A DNA stretch of 48,429 nt, from assembly GCF_006345805.1 (NCBI RefSeq), contig NW_021834435.1:1-48429 (forward strand). The letters are read 5' to 3'. Both the position numbers and the translations under genes were made by a program. This document shows positions 12,016 to 23,950 of this stretch, in pieces. Position 1 is the stretch's first letter; the number at the start of each line of letters is the position of its first letter. The notes beneath the pieces are model-generated. The model saw only the letters and a list, made by a program, of their open reading frames with translations, had not been told where the DNA came from and searched no databases. The stretch comes from Octopus sinensis (taxonomy: Eukaryota).

Positions 12016-12235
12016 ATTTTTTATCTTTTACTTGTTTCAGTCATTAGACTATGGCCATGCTGGGGCACTGCCTTGAGGAATTTTTAGTCAAATGAATCAA
12101 TGCTTATATTCATTCATTCTTTAAAGCTTAGCCCTTATTTCATTGATCTCTTTTGCTGAACCACCAGATTACAGGGACATAAACACACCAACACCGTTTG
12201 TCAAGTGGTGGTGGGAACAAACACAAAGGCACACA
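12016..12235 (-). mobile_element. SINE A 3' half (old)
   Basis: Tail match only. Confidence 0.75.
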
Positions 12236-12324
12236 CACACACACGCATATATATTGCATGCATACCTTATGCATATATGTGTGTGTTTATGTGACATATA
12301 CATACAAACATACTAGCATGTGCA

Positions 12325-12365
<41 letters not shown>

Positions 12366-12639
12366 TGCATCTACATACATACACACATGCATATACTGTG
12401 TACACACACACAGATACAATACACACACATATGCACATATATGCGTACACACATGCACTCACACATAGACAAATATAGCTGCACGCACATACATACACAA
12501 CACACGCAAGCACATACATATGCTCACAAGCACCTGCACACCCATAAACACACACACACACGTTGTCAACACCTCACACACATGTACACACACACACACA
12601 AACATACATACACATAAACACACACACAAACACATGCGC

Positions 12640-13145
12640 TTGCAAACACACATTCACAGCATCACACACACACACACACTTGCATGCACTTGCACACACA
12701 CACACACACTTGTATGTACTTGCAACCACACATATACACACACATTCACAGCATCACACAGACTTGTATGTACTTACACACACACACACTTGTATACACT
12801 CGCACACGAACACATTCACAACATCACACACACACATACTTGTATGTACTTGCACACACACATACACACATTCACAGCATCTCACACACACACTTGTATG
12901 TACTAGCACACACACATACACACATTCACAGCATCTCACACACACCACACACACTTGTATGTACTAGCACACACACACATTCACAGCATCACATACACTT
13001 GTATGACTGACACACACACTTGTATGCACTCGCACACACACATACACACACATTCACAGCATCTCACACACACACACACATTCACAGCATCACACACACT
13101 TGTATGCACTCGCACACACACATACACACACACACACACACACAC
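12640..13145. repeat. CA-rich minisatellite, ~50-bp unit
   Basis: CACATTCACAGCATC...CACTTGTATGTACTTGCAC repeated about 8 times. Confidence 0.85.
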
Positions 13146-13439
13146 ATGCTGTACTGCAATGCAATTCGATCAATCCCTATCGTGATTGATTTCATTGATC
13201 TCTCCCTTCCCGCCTCCCCTCCACTCGCTCCCCTTCCCCCACCCTCCTCTATACACCACGTCGAACACGCCCTCCCACCCCACCGACGCCAACCTCCGAA
13301 CCCCTTAACTCCCACTCCCACCCCTAACCTTTACAGCCATCTAAGCCCCCACCCTCCCACCCCAAACATGCGTTCCACCTGAGCCCCTCTCCTCCTCCTC
13401 CTCCTCCTGTCGTCACATCATTTCCCCTTCTCTATTCCA

Positions 13440-13760
13440 CACACACACACACACACACTTGCGCACACGCCACCACCACCACCACCACCACCACCATCAC
13501 CAACTACACCTCTCCCCCCAATGTTCCCCCCATTCCCTCTCTGGCATCTTTCTCCTCTCCTCATCATGCTACCTCCCCTCTGAATACTACCACCACCACC
13601 ACCACCACCACCACCATCAACACCACCACCACCACCACCACCACTTCCACTACCACCACCACCACCACCACCACCACCACTTCCACCACCACCACCACCA
13701 CCACCACCACCACCACCACCACCACCACTTCCACTACCACCACCACCACCACCACCACCA
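13440..13760. repeat. (CAC)n trinucleotide tract
   Basis: Direct reading. Confidence 0.92.
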
Positions 13761-13941
13761 CACAGACTTCTATATACGACATTTCTGCTTGACGTGTGTA
13801 CGAGCATTGCTGTATATGTGTATGTTTATGTGTTTGTGTGTACATATTTGTGTATGCGTGTGTGTGTGTATATTTGTGTATGTATGTATGTGTGCACGGA
13901 GGTGTTTGTGCATATATAATTATGCATGTGTGTATGCATAC

Positions 13942-14242
13942 TCTTTACTCTTTTACTTGTTTCAGTCATTTGACAGTGGCCATGCTGGAGCACCGCCTTT
14001 TTAGTCGAGCAACTCGACCCCGGGACTTATTCTTTTTGTAAGCCTAGTACTTATTCTATCGGTCTCTTTTGCCGAACCGCTAAGTGACAGGGACATAAAC
14101 ACACCAGCATCAGTTGTCAAGCAAAGCTAGGGGGACAAACACAGACACACAAACACACATATATATATACACACATATATATATACACATATACGACGGG
14201 CTTCTTTCAGTTTCCGTCTACCAAATCCACTCACAAGGCTTT
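13942..14242 (-). mobile_element. SINE A lacking head
   Basis: Tail and body match. Confidence 0.85.
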
Positions 14243-14427
14243 GTGTGCGTATGCATTTATATGTGCGTGTACCTAAGTGTGCGTGATTGTGTATATGTGT
14301 GTGTGTGTATGTATGTGTACATTAGTGTGTCTTTTTAATGAGGCTTGTGTGTGTGCGTATGTGTGTATGTATGTATATATATATATATATATATATACAT
14401 GCTTGAATGCTTGTGTATGTGTTGATA

Positions 14428-14596
14428 TAGGCGCAGGAGTGGCTGTGTGGTAAGTAGCTTGCTTACCAACCACATGATTCCAAGTTCAGTCCCACTGCGT
14501 GGCATCTTGGGCAAGTGTCTTCTACTATAGCCCCGGGCCGACCAATTTCTTGTGAGTCGATTTCGTAGAAGGAAACTGAAAGAAGCCTGTCGTATG

Positions 14597-14627
<31 letters not shown>

Positions 14628-14834
14628 TTGTGTGTCTGTGTTTGTCCCCCAAGCATTGCTTGACAACCGATGCTGGTGTGTTTACGTCCCCGTCACTTAG
14701 CGGTTTGGCAAAAGAGACTGATAGAATAAGTACTGGGCTTACAAAGAATAAGTCCCGGGGTCGATTTGCTCAACTAAAGGCGGTGCTCCAGCATGGCCGC
14801 TGTCAAATGACTGAAACAAGTAAAAGGGTAAAAG
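14428..14834 (+). mobile_element. SINE A, full length
   Basis: Head and tail match. Confidence 0.92.
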
Positions 14835-15120
14835 AGAAAAGAGTATATGTATGTATGTTCACACATATCTGTGTTTGTATATATGTAAAGTATGTGTATA
14901 TGAATGTTTGTGCATATGGCTGTGTGTGTGTGCATATCTGTAGATGTGTGTGTGTTTATGTATATGATATGATGTGTAGGTGTTTATGTGTGTGTACATG
15001 CTTGTACATATGTGTGTATGTGTATCTGCAATTGAGTGTATGTGTGATGGACTGTATATTTATGTAAGTGTATATCTATGTGAATACGTGTCTATGTATG
15101 TTTGTATCTTTATGTATGAA

Positions 15121-15412
15121 CTAGCAGTATCACCCGGTGTTGCTCGGGTTTGTAAGGGATATAACTATATAAGCATTTTTAGAGAGTTACTTTCCTTATA
15201 TAAACCGAGCAAAAATCATTAAAAATGCGGAAAAATGATGGTAAAATTATTTTTAAATCGTAGACTCATGCTAATACCCAGAAGGGCTCGATATGAATCG
15301 CGACTATAAGATACCCGCTTTTGGTTAAACTGCACCGCAAAATGTGGGAGTAGTTAGGAATCTAAATCGGAGTAGACAGACACTCACACAACTTCATTTT
15401 TATATATAAAGA
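15121..15412 (-). mobile_element. Non-autonomous Helitron
   Basis: Minus strand: 5' TC start, GC hairpin 8 nt before 3' CTAG, inserted between A and T with no TSD. Confidence 0.85.
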
Positions 15413-15459
15413 TATGTATGTACAAATGTGCATTGGTTAGTGTGTATACGTGTCTATGT

Positions 15460-15624
15460 AGCACCCACTACACCCTTAGAGTGGTTGGCGTTAGGAAGGG
15501 CATCCAGCTGTAGAAACTCTGCCAGATCAGATTGGAGTCTGGTGCAGCCATCTGGTTCACCAGTCCTCAGTCAAATCGTCCATCCCATGCTAGCATGGAA
15601 AGCGGACGTTAAATGATGATGATG
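15460..15624 (+). mobile_element. Family D LINE 3' end with (GAT)n tail
   Basis: GGTTGGCGTTAGGAAGGGCATCCAGCTGTAG...GGACGTTAAATGATGATGATG. Confidence 0.85.
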
Positions 15625-15661
15625 GGTGTGTGTGTGTGTGAGTGCATGTATGCATATATGT

Positions 15662-15880
15662 ATCATCATCATCATTTCATATTCGCTTTCCATGCTGGCA
15701 TGGGTTGGCCGGTTTGACTGGAGGACTGGCAAGCTAGGAGGCTGCACCAGGCTCCAATCTGATCTGGCAAGGTTGCTACAGCTGGATGCCCTTCCTAGTG
15801 TCAACCACTCTGAGAGTGTAGTGGGTGCTTTTTATGAGCCACCGGCACAGGGGCCAGTCAGGCATCACTGGCATTGACCA
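15662..15880 (-). mobile_element. Family D LINE 3' end, tail-to-tail with the previous copy
   Basis: Reverse-complement match. Confidence 0.85.
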
Positions 15881-16139
15881 CGTATGTCTGTAAATATATA
15901 TGTGTGTGTGTGTATGTTTGTCTTTGCATTTGTGTCGGTTCCCCCATTGTTTAACAACCGGTGTTGGTATGTTTACATCCCCATACCTTAGTGGCTCAGC
16001 AAAAGAGACTGATAGAGTAAGTACGAAGCTTTAAAAAACAGCAAGCATTGGTGCCCATTTCTGTGACTAAACCCTTCAAGGTGGTGCCCCAGCATGGCCA
16101 CAGTCCAATGACATAAACAAGAAACAGGTAAAAGATATA

Positions 16140-16490
16140 AAATTACAACCACCACCACCACCACCAGCAGCAACATTGGCATCTTCATCATCATTACCAT
16201 CACCACACCACCACCACCACCACCACGACTGCCACTACCACCACCATCACTACCACCACCACCACCACCACTTTCATCATTGTCAGCCACATCACCAACC
16301 CACAACCACCACCACCACCACCACCATCGCTACCACCACCACCACCATCACTACCACCACCACCACCACTTTCATCATTGTCAACCACATCACCAACCCA
16401 CGACCACCACCACCACCACCACCACCATGATCGTTGTCATTGTAACCAACACCACAACCACTTTTCACCACCACCACCACCGCCGCCAGT
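16140..16490. repeat. (CAC)n tract with ~100-bp internal duplication
   Basis: Direct reading. Confidence 0.88.
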
Positions 16491-16752
16491 GCAACCATCC
16501 CCACCAAGTTGTTTAATTAACAATCACTCAGTAAAATGATTTACCTAATGAAACAACATGGAAGTTGACTAATTGATGCAGTAAAGTTGTTTATTGAACG
16601 AGCGTGGTGATTGTGGTTGTGGAGGTGGTGGTGGTGGTGGCCTTGGTTGTAGTGGTGGCAGTGATGGAGTAATTGCTCTTTTTAATAACAATAATAATAA
16701 TTACAATAATTGCAATCCTTCTTCTTCTTCTCCTCCTCCTCCTTCTTCTTCC

Positions 16753-17333
16753 GGCTGGCAGAATCGTTAGCACGCCGGGCGAAATGCTTAGCAGTATTTC
16801 ATCTGCTGCTACGTTCTGAGTTCAAATTCCGCCCAGGTCGACTTTGCCTTTCATCCTTTCGGAGTCGATAAATTAAGTACCAGTTATGCACTGTGGTCGA
16901 TATAATCGACTTAATCCGTTTGTCTGTCCTTGTTTGTCGCCTCTGTGTTTAGCCCCTTGTGGGCAGTAAAGAAATAGGTATTTCGTCTGCCAGTACGTTC
17001 CGAGTTCAAATTCCACCGAGGTCGACTTTGCCTTTCATCCTTTCGGGGTTGATTAAATAAGTACCAGTTACGCATTGAGGTCGATATAATCGACTTAATC
17101 CGTTTGTCTGTCCTTGTTTGTCCCCTCTGTGTTTAGCCCCTTGTGGGTAATAAAGAAATAGGTATTTCACCCATTGTTATGTTTTGAGTTCAAATTCATT
17201 TGAGATTGACTTTGCCTTTCATCCTTTTAGGGGTCAATAAAGTAAGTACCAGTGAAATACTGGGATCAATATAATTGAGTTCTTTCCTCCCCCAAATTTC
17301 AGGCCTTGTACCTATAGTAGAGAGGATTATTAT
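16753..17333 (+). mobile_element. SINE B tandem array (full unit, 184-bp unit, older variant unit)
   Basis: Junctions AAGAAATAG|GTATTTC at 16977/16978 and 17161/17162. Confidence 0.9.
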
Positions 17334-17345
17334 TATTATTATAAT

Positions 17346-17577
17346 AAGGTAGCGAGCTGGCAGAAATGTTAGCACGCTGGGCAAAATGCGTAGCCGTATT
17401 TCGTCTGCCGTTACGTTCTGAGTTCAAATTCTGCCGAGGTCGACTTTGCCAATCATCCTTTCAGGGTCGATAAATTTCAGTACCAGTTACGCACTAAGGT
17501 CGATGTAATCGACTTTATCCATTTGTCTGTCCTTGTTTGTCCCCTCTGTGTTTAGCCCCTTGTGGGTAGTTAAAAAT
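17346..17577 (+). mobile_element. SINE B monomer
   Basis: Head to tail match. Confidence 0.9.
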
Positions 17578-17579
17578 AA

Positions 17580-17842
17580 ATTATTAATATTATTATTATT
17601 ATTGTTATTATTATTAAATTCAAATTACGATGAACGTAAACAAACAAACGAAGTTTGCTTTAGAAGCGTTGAGATGTCTTAGAAAGTTAAAGAAGTGATT
17701 TTAAATTCTCAAACGCAGGATAATGCTAATAATATATTATTATTATTATTATTATTATTATATTATTATCATTATTTTTATTATTATCATTATTATTATT
17801 ATTATTATATTATTATTATTATTATCATTATTTTTATTATTA

Positions 17843-17893
<51 letters not shown>

Positions 17894-17900
17894 GTATTAT
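17580..17900. repeat. (ATT)n tract with a unique island
   Basis: Direct reading. Confidence 0.85.
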
Positions 17901-17904
17901 TGTT

Positions 17905-18122
17905 AAGGTGATGAGCTGGCAGAATCATTAACACACTGGACAAAATGATGAGTGGTATTTCATTTGTCTTTAATGTTCTGAGTTCAAATTCCGCTGAGGT
18001 CGACTTTACCTTCCATCCTTTAGGGGTAGATAAATTAAGTACCAGTTGAAAACTGGGGTCAATGTTATCAAGTAACCTGTTCCCTCCAAAATTGCTGCCT
18101 TTGTGGAAAGATTTGGAATCAT
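17905..18122 (+). mobile_element. Old SINE B variant
   Basis: Diverged head and central domain. Confidence 0.8.
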
Positions 18123-18240
18123 CATTATTTAGAATCGTTATTATTATTATTATTATTTACAATTGTTAGCGCAAGAGTGGTTGTATGGTAAGTAGCTTGC
18201 TTACCAACCAAATGAGAAGCCAGGTTTGAAATTTCCCCAA

Positions 18241-18286
18241 GACACCTGATGAAGGCTGGAGGGTATATCAGTCGAAATTTTGTGTT
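18241..18286 (+). ncRNA. Minimal type I hammerhead motif, stem III degenerate, within a Penelope-like relic at ~18216-18375
   Basis: GACAC-CTGATGA-A-GGCTG(10 nt)CAGTC-GAAA-TTTT-GTGTT. Confidence 0.6.
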
Positions 18287-18419
18287 AACAACAAACAAGA
18301 TGAGGACAAATATCCGACAAATGTAAACAATATAAATAATGTACATAATTCATCATCTCTTAAATATAGAACTGTATTATCAAATAACTATCCAAAATCG
18401 TACTCAATAAAACATTGTC

Positions 18420-19112
18420 TCTTTTACTCTTTTACTTGTTTCAGTCATTTGACTGCGGCCATGCTGGAGCACTGCCTTTAGTCGAGCAGATCGACCCCAG
18501 GACTTATTCTTTGTAAGTCTCTTTTGCCGAACCGCTAAGTGACGGGGACGTAAACACACCAGCATCGGTTGTCAAGCAATGCTAGGGGGACAAACACACA
18601 CACACAAACACACACATATATATATACATATATACGACAGGCTTCTTTCAGTTTCTGTCTACCAAATCCACTCACAAGGCATTGGTCGGGCCGGGGCTAT
18701 AGCAGAAGACACTTGCCCAAGGTGCCACACAGTGGGACTGAACCCGGAACCATGTGGTTGGTTAGCAAGCTACTTACCACATATATACATATATACGACA
18801 GGCTTCTTTCAGTTTCCGTCTACCAAATCCACTCACAAGGTATTGGTCGGGCCGGGGCTATAGCAGAAGACACTTGCCCAAGGTGCCACACAGTGGGACT
18901 GAACCCGGAACCATGTGGTTGGTTAGCAAGCTACTTACCACATATATACATATATACGACAGGCTTCTTTCAGTTTCCGTCTACCAAATCCACTCACAAG
19001 GCATTGGTCGGGCCGGGGCTATAGCAGAAGACACTTGCCCAAGGTGCCACACAGTGGGACTGAACCCGGAACCATGTGGTTGGTAAGCAAGCTACTTACC
19101 ACACAGCCACTC
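18420..19112 (-). mobile_element. SINE A with triplicated 161-bp head
   Basis: Three near-identical head units at 161-bp spacing. Confidence 0.92.
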
Positions 19113-19236
19113 CGTTGTGTAGGTGAAAATATTCAAATATCTTTTTTACCTGAAAATCCAATCTTAAAACTCCAAGTAATTATATCCCCCTTATTAATGA
19201 TCCTTCTAATAAATTTTTCTTTCCATTTCTTGCCAG

Positions 19237-19365
19237 GTAACATTGCCTTTTGAATGTCCACGACCGGCAAGAAATCCTCAGAGAAGGGTGTGGGTGATTC
19301 CTCAATGTCGAATATGGCCAAGGAAACGTCTTCAGGTACGCTGAACCAAAGTAGCAGTTCCACAG
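19237..19365 (+). CDS. Candidate exon, Ser/Thr-rich (MSTTGKKSSEKGVGDSSMSNMAKETSSGTLNQSSSST)
   Basis: Polypyrimidine acceptor TTTCTTGCCAG, donor AG|GTACAT, 129 nt; phase-1 end fits the next exon; TGA at 19251 immediately before ATG at 19254. Confidence 0.5.
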
Positions 19366-19643
19366 GTACATGCATAAATACATATTTATATACACACACA
19401 TGCTTAGCTCTTTCTCTCTCTCTCTCTTTCTCTCCCACTATATTCTTCCTCCTACTAACATGGAATGAAAACTTCTTATGATAGCATGAAATTGTAACAT
19501 TATCACTAGCTTCTTAGCCATGATTAGCACAAATGAAACCGGTTGATTGTGTAAATGTTGGACGGTTCGAATGGGGTCTGGGAAGTGATTTGGCAGTGTT
19601 ACTACATATGTAGTATATATAATGATGTTGACATATATATATA

Positions 19644-19688
<45 letters not shown>

Positions 19689-19691
<3 letters not shown>

Positions 19692-19912
19692 CAATTTAGG
19701 AGTGACCTTAACAGGCCATTCGTCCACCAGAAAGAGCAGCCATAACTCACACCGCCAAGTAGTAGTAATTCAGAAATTAGGTGAAAATTTAAAAACATTT
19801 ACCCTAATTCATCTTTTAGACGATGCATCGTTTCTGTGTTATTAATGATTAAATTAGCTTAATTAAATTACGAATGGACGAATGGCCTGTTAAGGTCACT
19901 CCTAAATTGTTA
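19689..19912. mobile_element. Element bounded by perfect 38-bp inverted repeats in a (TA)n context
   Basis: TAACAATTTAGGAGTGACCTTAACAGGCCATTCGTCCA (19689-19726) and its exact reverse complement (19875-19912). Confidence 0.75.
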
Positions 19913-20105
19913 TATTTATATATTTAGTCTTTGACTATTTTCTCTTTTCCACTAGGCCACTGGTAGCGATAAATTTCTATTGAATTTTTTGCTACCCTAA
20001 ATTGACTAATATATATATATATATATATATAATATATATATATATATATGTACATATATATGTGTATACATATATACATATATGTATATATATGTATGTA
20101 TGTAT

Positions 20106-20160
<55 letters not shown>

Positions 20161-20185
20161 GTACATATATATGTGTGTGTGTATA

Positions 20186-20430
20186 CAAGGTTGGCCAAAA
20201 GTCACTCGACAGTAAATCAAAATTCCATAAATACTTACTATTCAATTTCATTTATTCATCCTAATTATAAATGTTTAATAACTGAATGCTATAAGCTAAG
20301 ATCAGCTTTTTTTTTAAAATTTGCCTGTTTATTAGCAAAGTCTCATATAAAATTTCTTTCTTGTTTTCATCTTGGAATTAGATGGGGTGGCGGGGTTGAT
20401 TTACTGTTGGGTGAATTTTGGCCAACCCTG
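20186..20430. mobile_element. Tc1/mariner-type MITE
   Basis: 35-bp TIRs CA(A/G)GGTTGGCCAAAA... (31/35 match); TA on both flanks. Confidence 0.85.
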
Positions 20431-20436
20431 TATATA

Positions 20437-20802
20437 TCATCATCATCATCATCGTTTAACGTCCGCTTTCCATAGGTTGGACATATGACTGAGGGCTGGT
20501 GAACCAGATGGCTGCACCAGACTTCAATCTTGATCTGGCAGAGTTTCTACAGCTGGATGCCCTTCCTAATGCCAACCACTCCATGAGTGTAGTGGGTGAT
20601 TTTACACGCCATCGGCACTGGCAACGACCTCGTTTGAATCCTTTACACATGCCACCGGCGTGGGTGCCAGTAAGGCAATGCTGGTAACAGTCCCACTCGA
20701 ATGGTGTTTTTTATGTGCCACCGGCACGGAGGCCAGATAGCCACTCTGGCAACGATCATGCTCAGATGGTGCTCTTAATACCCTACTAGCACGGGGCTTG
20801 AG

Positions 20803-20805
<3 letters not shown>
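20437..20805 (-). mobile_element. Family D LINE 3' end
   Basis: (CAT)n followed by the D reverse complement. Confidence 0.85.
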
Positions 20806-20847
<42 letters not shown>

Positions 20848-21086
20848 AAGCTTCTTCATAGTTTCCAACTAGAGATTATTTCCACAGCGGTGGTCATCTA
20901 AACTAAAACTGTTATAAATACCAAAAAAAACCCAAAAAATCACTTTCTTAAGAAAAAATCCTCCTGAGAAATGGGATTGAACCCAGAACCATGTGGCCAT
21001 GAAGCAAAATCCTTAACTGCACAACTACCCAATCATATCCCCTCTACAGATGTGTACAATTTACCCTTATTTTCTGCTTGTTTCAG

Positions 21087-21125
21087 TTACTAAACCCCGG
21101 AGTACCGCCTCCGCTGCTATGGCAG
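21087..21125 (+). CDS. 39-nt phase 1-1 exon, (V)TKPRSTASAAMA
   Basis: Acceptor TTTTCTGCTTGTTTCAG, donor AG|GTAAGA; similar to the exon at 24669. Confidence 0.72.
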
Positions 21126-21320
21126 GTAAGACTGGAATGTCGCTCTCTGCTCACTTCTTAAAATACTCGTTTATACTACCACTCATCCAATTACTCTGTT
21201 TAAATTAAACAGAAAATTTTGCACACTGCACATTGCTAAACTCCCTCTATCACTCAGTCTATCTATCTTCTTATCTATCTATCTTGGTCAGTCTATCTGT
21301 CTTTCTCTATATATCTATGC

Positions 21321-21705
21321 GTGGAGGTGCAATGGCCCAGTGGTTAGGGCAGCGGACTCGCGGTCATAGGATCGCGGTTTCGATTCCCAGACCGGGCGTT
21401 GTGAGTGTTTATTGAGCGAAAACACCTAAAGCTCCATGAGGCTCCAGCAGGGGATGGTGGTGATCCCTGCTGTACTCTTTCACCACAACTTTCTCTCACT
21501 CTTACTTCCTGTTTCTGTTGTACCTGTATTTCAAAGGGCCAGCCTTGTCACTCTCTGCGTCACGCTGAATATCCCCGAGAACTACGTTAAGGGTGCACGT
21601 GTCTGTGGAGTGCTCAGCCACTTACACGTTAATTTCACGAGCAGGCTGTTCCGTTGATCGGATCAACCGGAACCCTCGTCGTCGTAACCGAAGGAGTGCT
21701 TCCAC
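21321..21705 (+). mobile_element. SINE family C (tRNA head)
   Basis: A-box TGGCCCAGTGG, B-box-like GTTTCGATTCCC; 12-bp TSD ATATATCTATGC at 21309-21320 and 21706-21717. Confidence 0.92.
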
Positions 21706-21798
21706 ATATATCTATGCATCTTAGAAAATTACTATTTTTAAATCTCACAACGAGAGATATTCAGCAACAGTACTTTGTAGTAAAGATTGTTTGCCAAC

Positions 21799-22063
21799 AT
21801 AACATGGCTGTCCTGGTTTAGGACGAATGTTGCTGTAATTTAGCCCCAGGAGACATCGTCTCCAGCTGGCTATACGACACAATCTGTGTCCTTATATTTT
21901 CAAACAAGGGAATCTAGATATTGTTTTCAGCTGAATGGTGGGTGCTAGATTCCCTTGTTCGAAAATATAAGGACACAAATCGTGTTGTATAGCCAGCTGG
22001 AGACAATGTCTCCTGGGGCTAAATTACAGCAACATTAGTCCTAAACCAGGACAGCCGTGTTAT
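21799..22063. mobile_element. Foldback MITE with ~120-bp arms
   Basis: Arms 21799-21917 and 21944-22063, 26-bp spacer, TA at both ends. Confidence 0.88.
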
Positions 22064-22486
22064 TTTGACAAATAATCTATGCATCTATCTATCAATTTAC
22101 CAATCTATCTATCTATCTTTCTGTCTTTCTATCTCTTTATATCTCGGCCAGTCTATCTCTCTTTCTCTATATATATATCTCTCTATGTCTGTCTATCTTT
22201 CTATCTATCTGTGCCTTTTTGTTTTTTCCTTCCTCCCTCTCTATCACTCTATCTCTGCATCTGGACAAGTAACATAATACCAGTCATGAGTTGGGGGTTG
22301 GTTTCATTAACTTAGCCTCCAACTTCTGCTCTTTCCTTTTCACCATTCTTCTCAATCCTGGCCTTTCTTGCTTCTCTCCCGTTGGCTCCTTACTTTCTCA
22401 TTTCTGCTTCAGTATCCTCTCTCCAGCTATTTTTTGGGGCATCATCTCTCCTCACCCAAACTCCTCTTATACTAGGACACTTCACA

Positions 22487-23310
22487 TAATCATAGGTTGC
22501 CATTGGTTGGACTCCGACCTTAACCAACAACTCTACTCAGAAAACAGAATATTTCCTATTGCTTGTATGATCCAGGAGCACCAGCTCAGACTGTTAGGTC
22601 ACGCTGCTCAATTTTTCCAAGATAACCCCTGCTTACAATGTTTTTCTCTTCCCTGGGGATCTGGCTGGGTTCACAGCTCATGTTGGTTGATCACATGTTA
22701 TGTATGTTGTCATCGAAATGTATTTTTTTCCTCTATTCATGACTTTTTTTATTTTATCTTTTTCTGTTCTCTAAACCACTTTTCACCAAATACTTTCTTA
22801 TTCTTCTTCAAACCAACAAGTCTACTCAGAAACTGGAATGCATCTTGGTACTTGCATGATTTGGGAGCACCACATGATTATAGGTTGCTGTTGGTTGGAT
22901 TTCATCCCTAACCAACAACGCTACTCAGAAAACAGAATGTTTTCTGTCGCTTGTATGATTTAGGAATGCGAGCTCAGACTGTTTAACCCTTTAGCATTTA
23001 AACCGGCCATATCCGGCCAAAAGTATTCTGCCTGTTTTATGTTCAAAGTGGCCAGATCTGGCCTTTCACACCAACCCTACAATGTCATTCTATAAATAAA
23101 CAACCGCATCATTGAAATCTCAAAGCTATGAGATAATGCATGATTAATTCAAGGCAATGTGGATAAAAAAGGATTAATTTTGGCAGAATAATGTTAACAC
23201 TAAACGGTTAAACAATGTTGCTCAGTTTCCCAACTTAGGCCCTCTTTATTGTGTTCTCTTCACTAAGGGCCCAGCTGAGTTGATGGCTCATGTTGGTCGA
23301 CCACATTGTG
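22487..23310 (+). mobile_element. Two decayed RTE-type ORF2 3' fragments in tandem
   Basis: IIGCHWLDSDLNQQLYSENRIFPIACMIQEHQLRLLGHAAQF; the second copy is split by a TTAA element. Confidence 0.6.
22987..23207. mobile_element. piggyBac-type MITE
   Basis: TTAA at 22983-22986 and 23208-23211; ends CCCTTTAG / CTAAACGG; host sequence colinear after removal. Confidence 0.75.
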
Positions 23311-23321
23311 TATATTGGAAA

Positions 23322-23705
23322 GTGGGGGCGCAATGGCCCAGTGGTTAGGGCAGTGGACTCGCGGTCATAGGATCACGGTTTCGATTCCCAGACCGGGCGT
23401 TGTGAGTGTTTATTGAGCGAAAACACCTAAAGCTCCACGAGGCTCTGGCAGGGGATGGTGGTGATCCCTGCTGTACTCTTTCACCACAACTTTCTCACAC
23501 TCTTACTTCGTTTCTGTTGTACCTGTATTTCAAAAGGGCCGGCCTTGTCACTCTCTGTGTCACGCTGAATATCCCCGAGAACTACGTTAAGGGTACACGT
23601 GTCTGTGGAGTGCTCAGCCACTTGCACGTTAATTTCACGAACAGGCTGTTCCGTTGATTCGGATCAACTGGAACCCTCATCGTCGTAACCGTCGGAGTGC
23701 TTCCA
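23322..23705 (+). mobile_element. SINE C, full length
   Basis: Head and tail match. Confidence 0.92.
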
Positions 23706-23950
23706 ATAAAATGTTGGAAAATTGAGCAACGTGGCCAAACAGTCTGAGCTGGAATTCCAGAAGAATACAAGGAACAGGAAACATTCCACTTTCTGAGTAG
23801 AGTCATTGGTTGGATTTGAAACCTGACCAGGATGCTTATATGGACTTCAAATAATAAGATGGACTCAGATGTATTTATGATGACACAAAAATATTGACAT
23901 TGATATCTGTGTTTTACGCTGATGACATTCATAAACAGAATCTATAGTTA

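Noticed and set aside
19180-19370. Minus-strand ORF VPVELLLWFSVPEDVSLAIFDIEES...
   Set aside because: No good minus-strand donor; the + strand has both splice sites and phase compatibility.
21321-21400. tRNA genes at SINE heads
   Set aside because: A/B boxes are present but there is no full cloverleaf, and they continue into SINE bodies.
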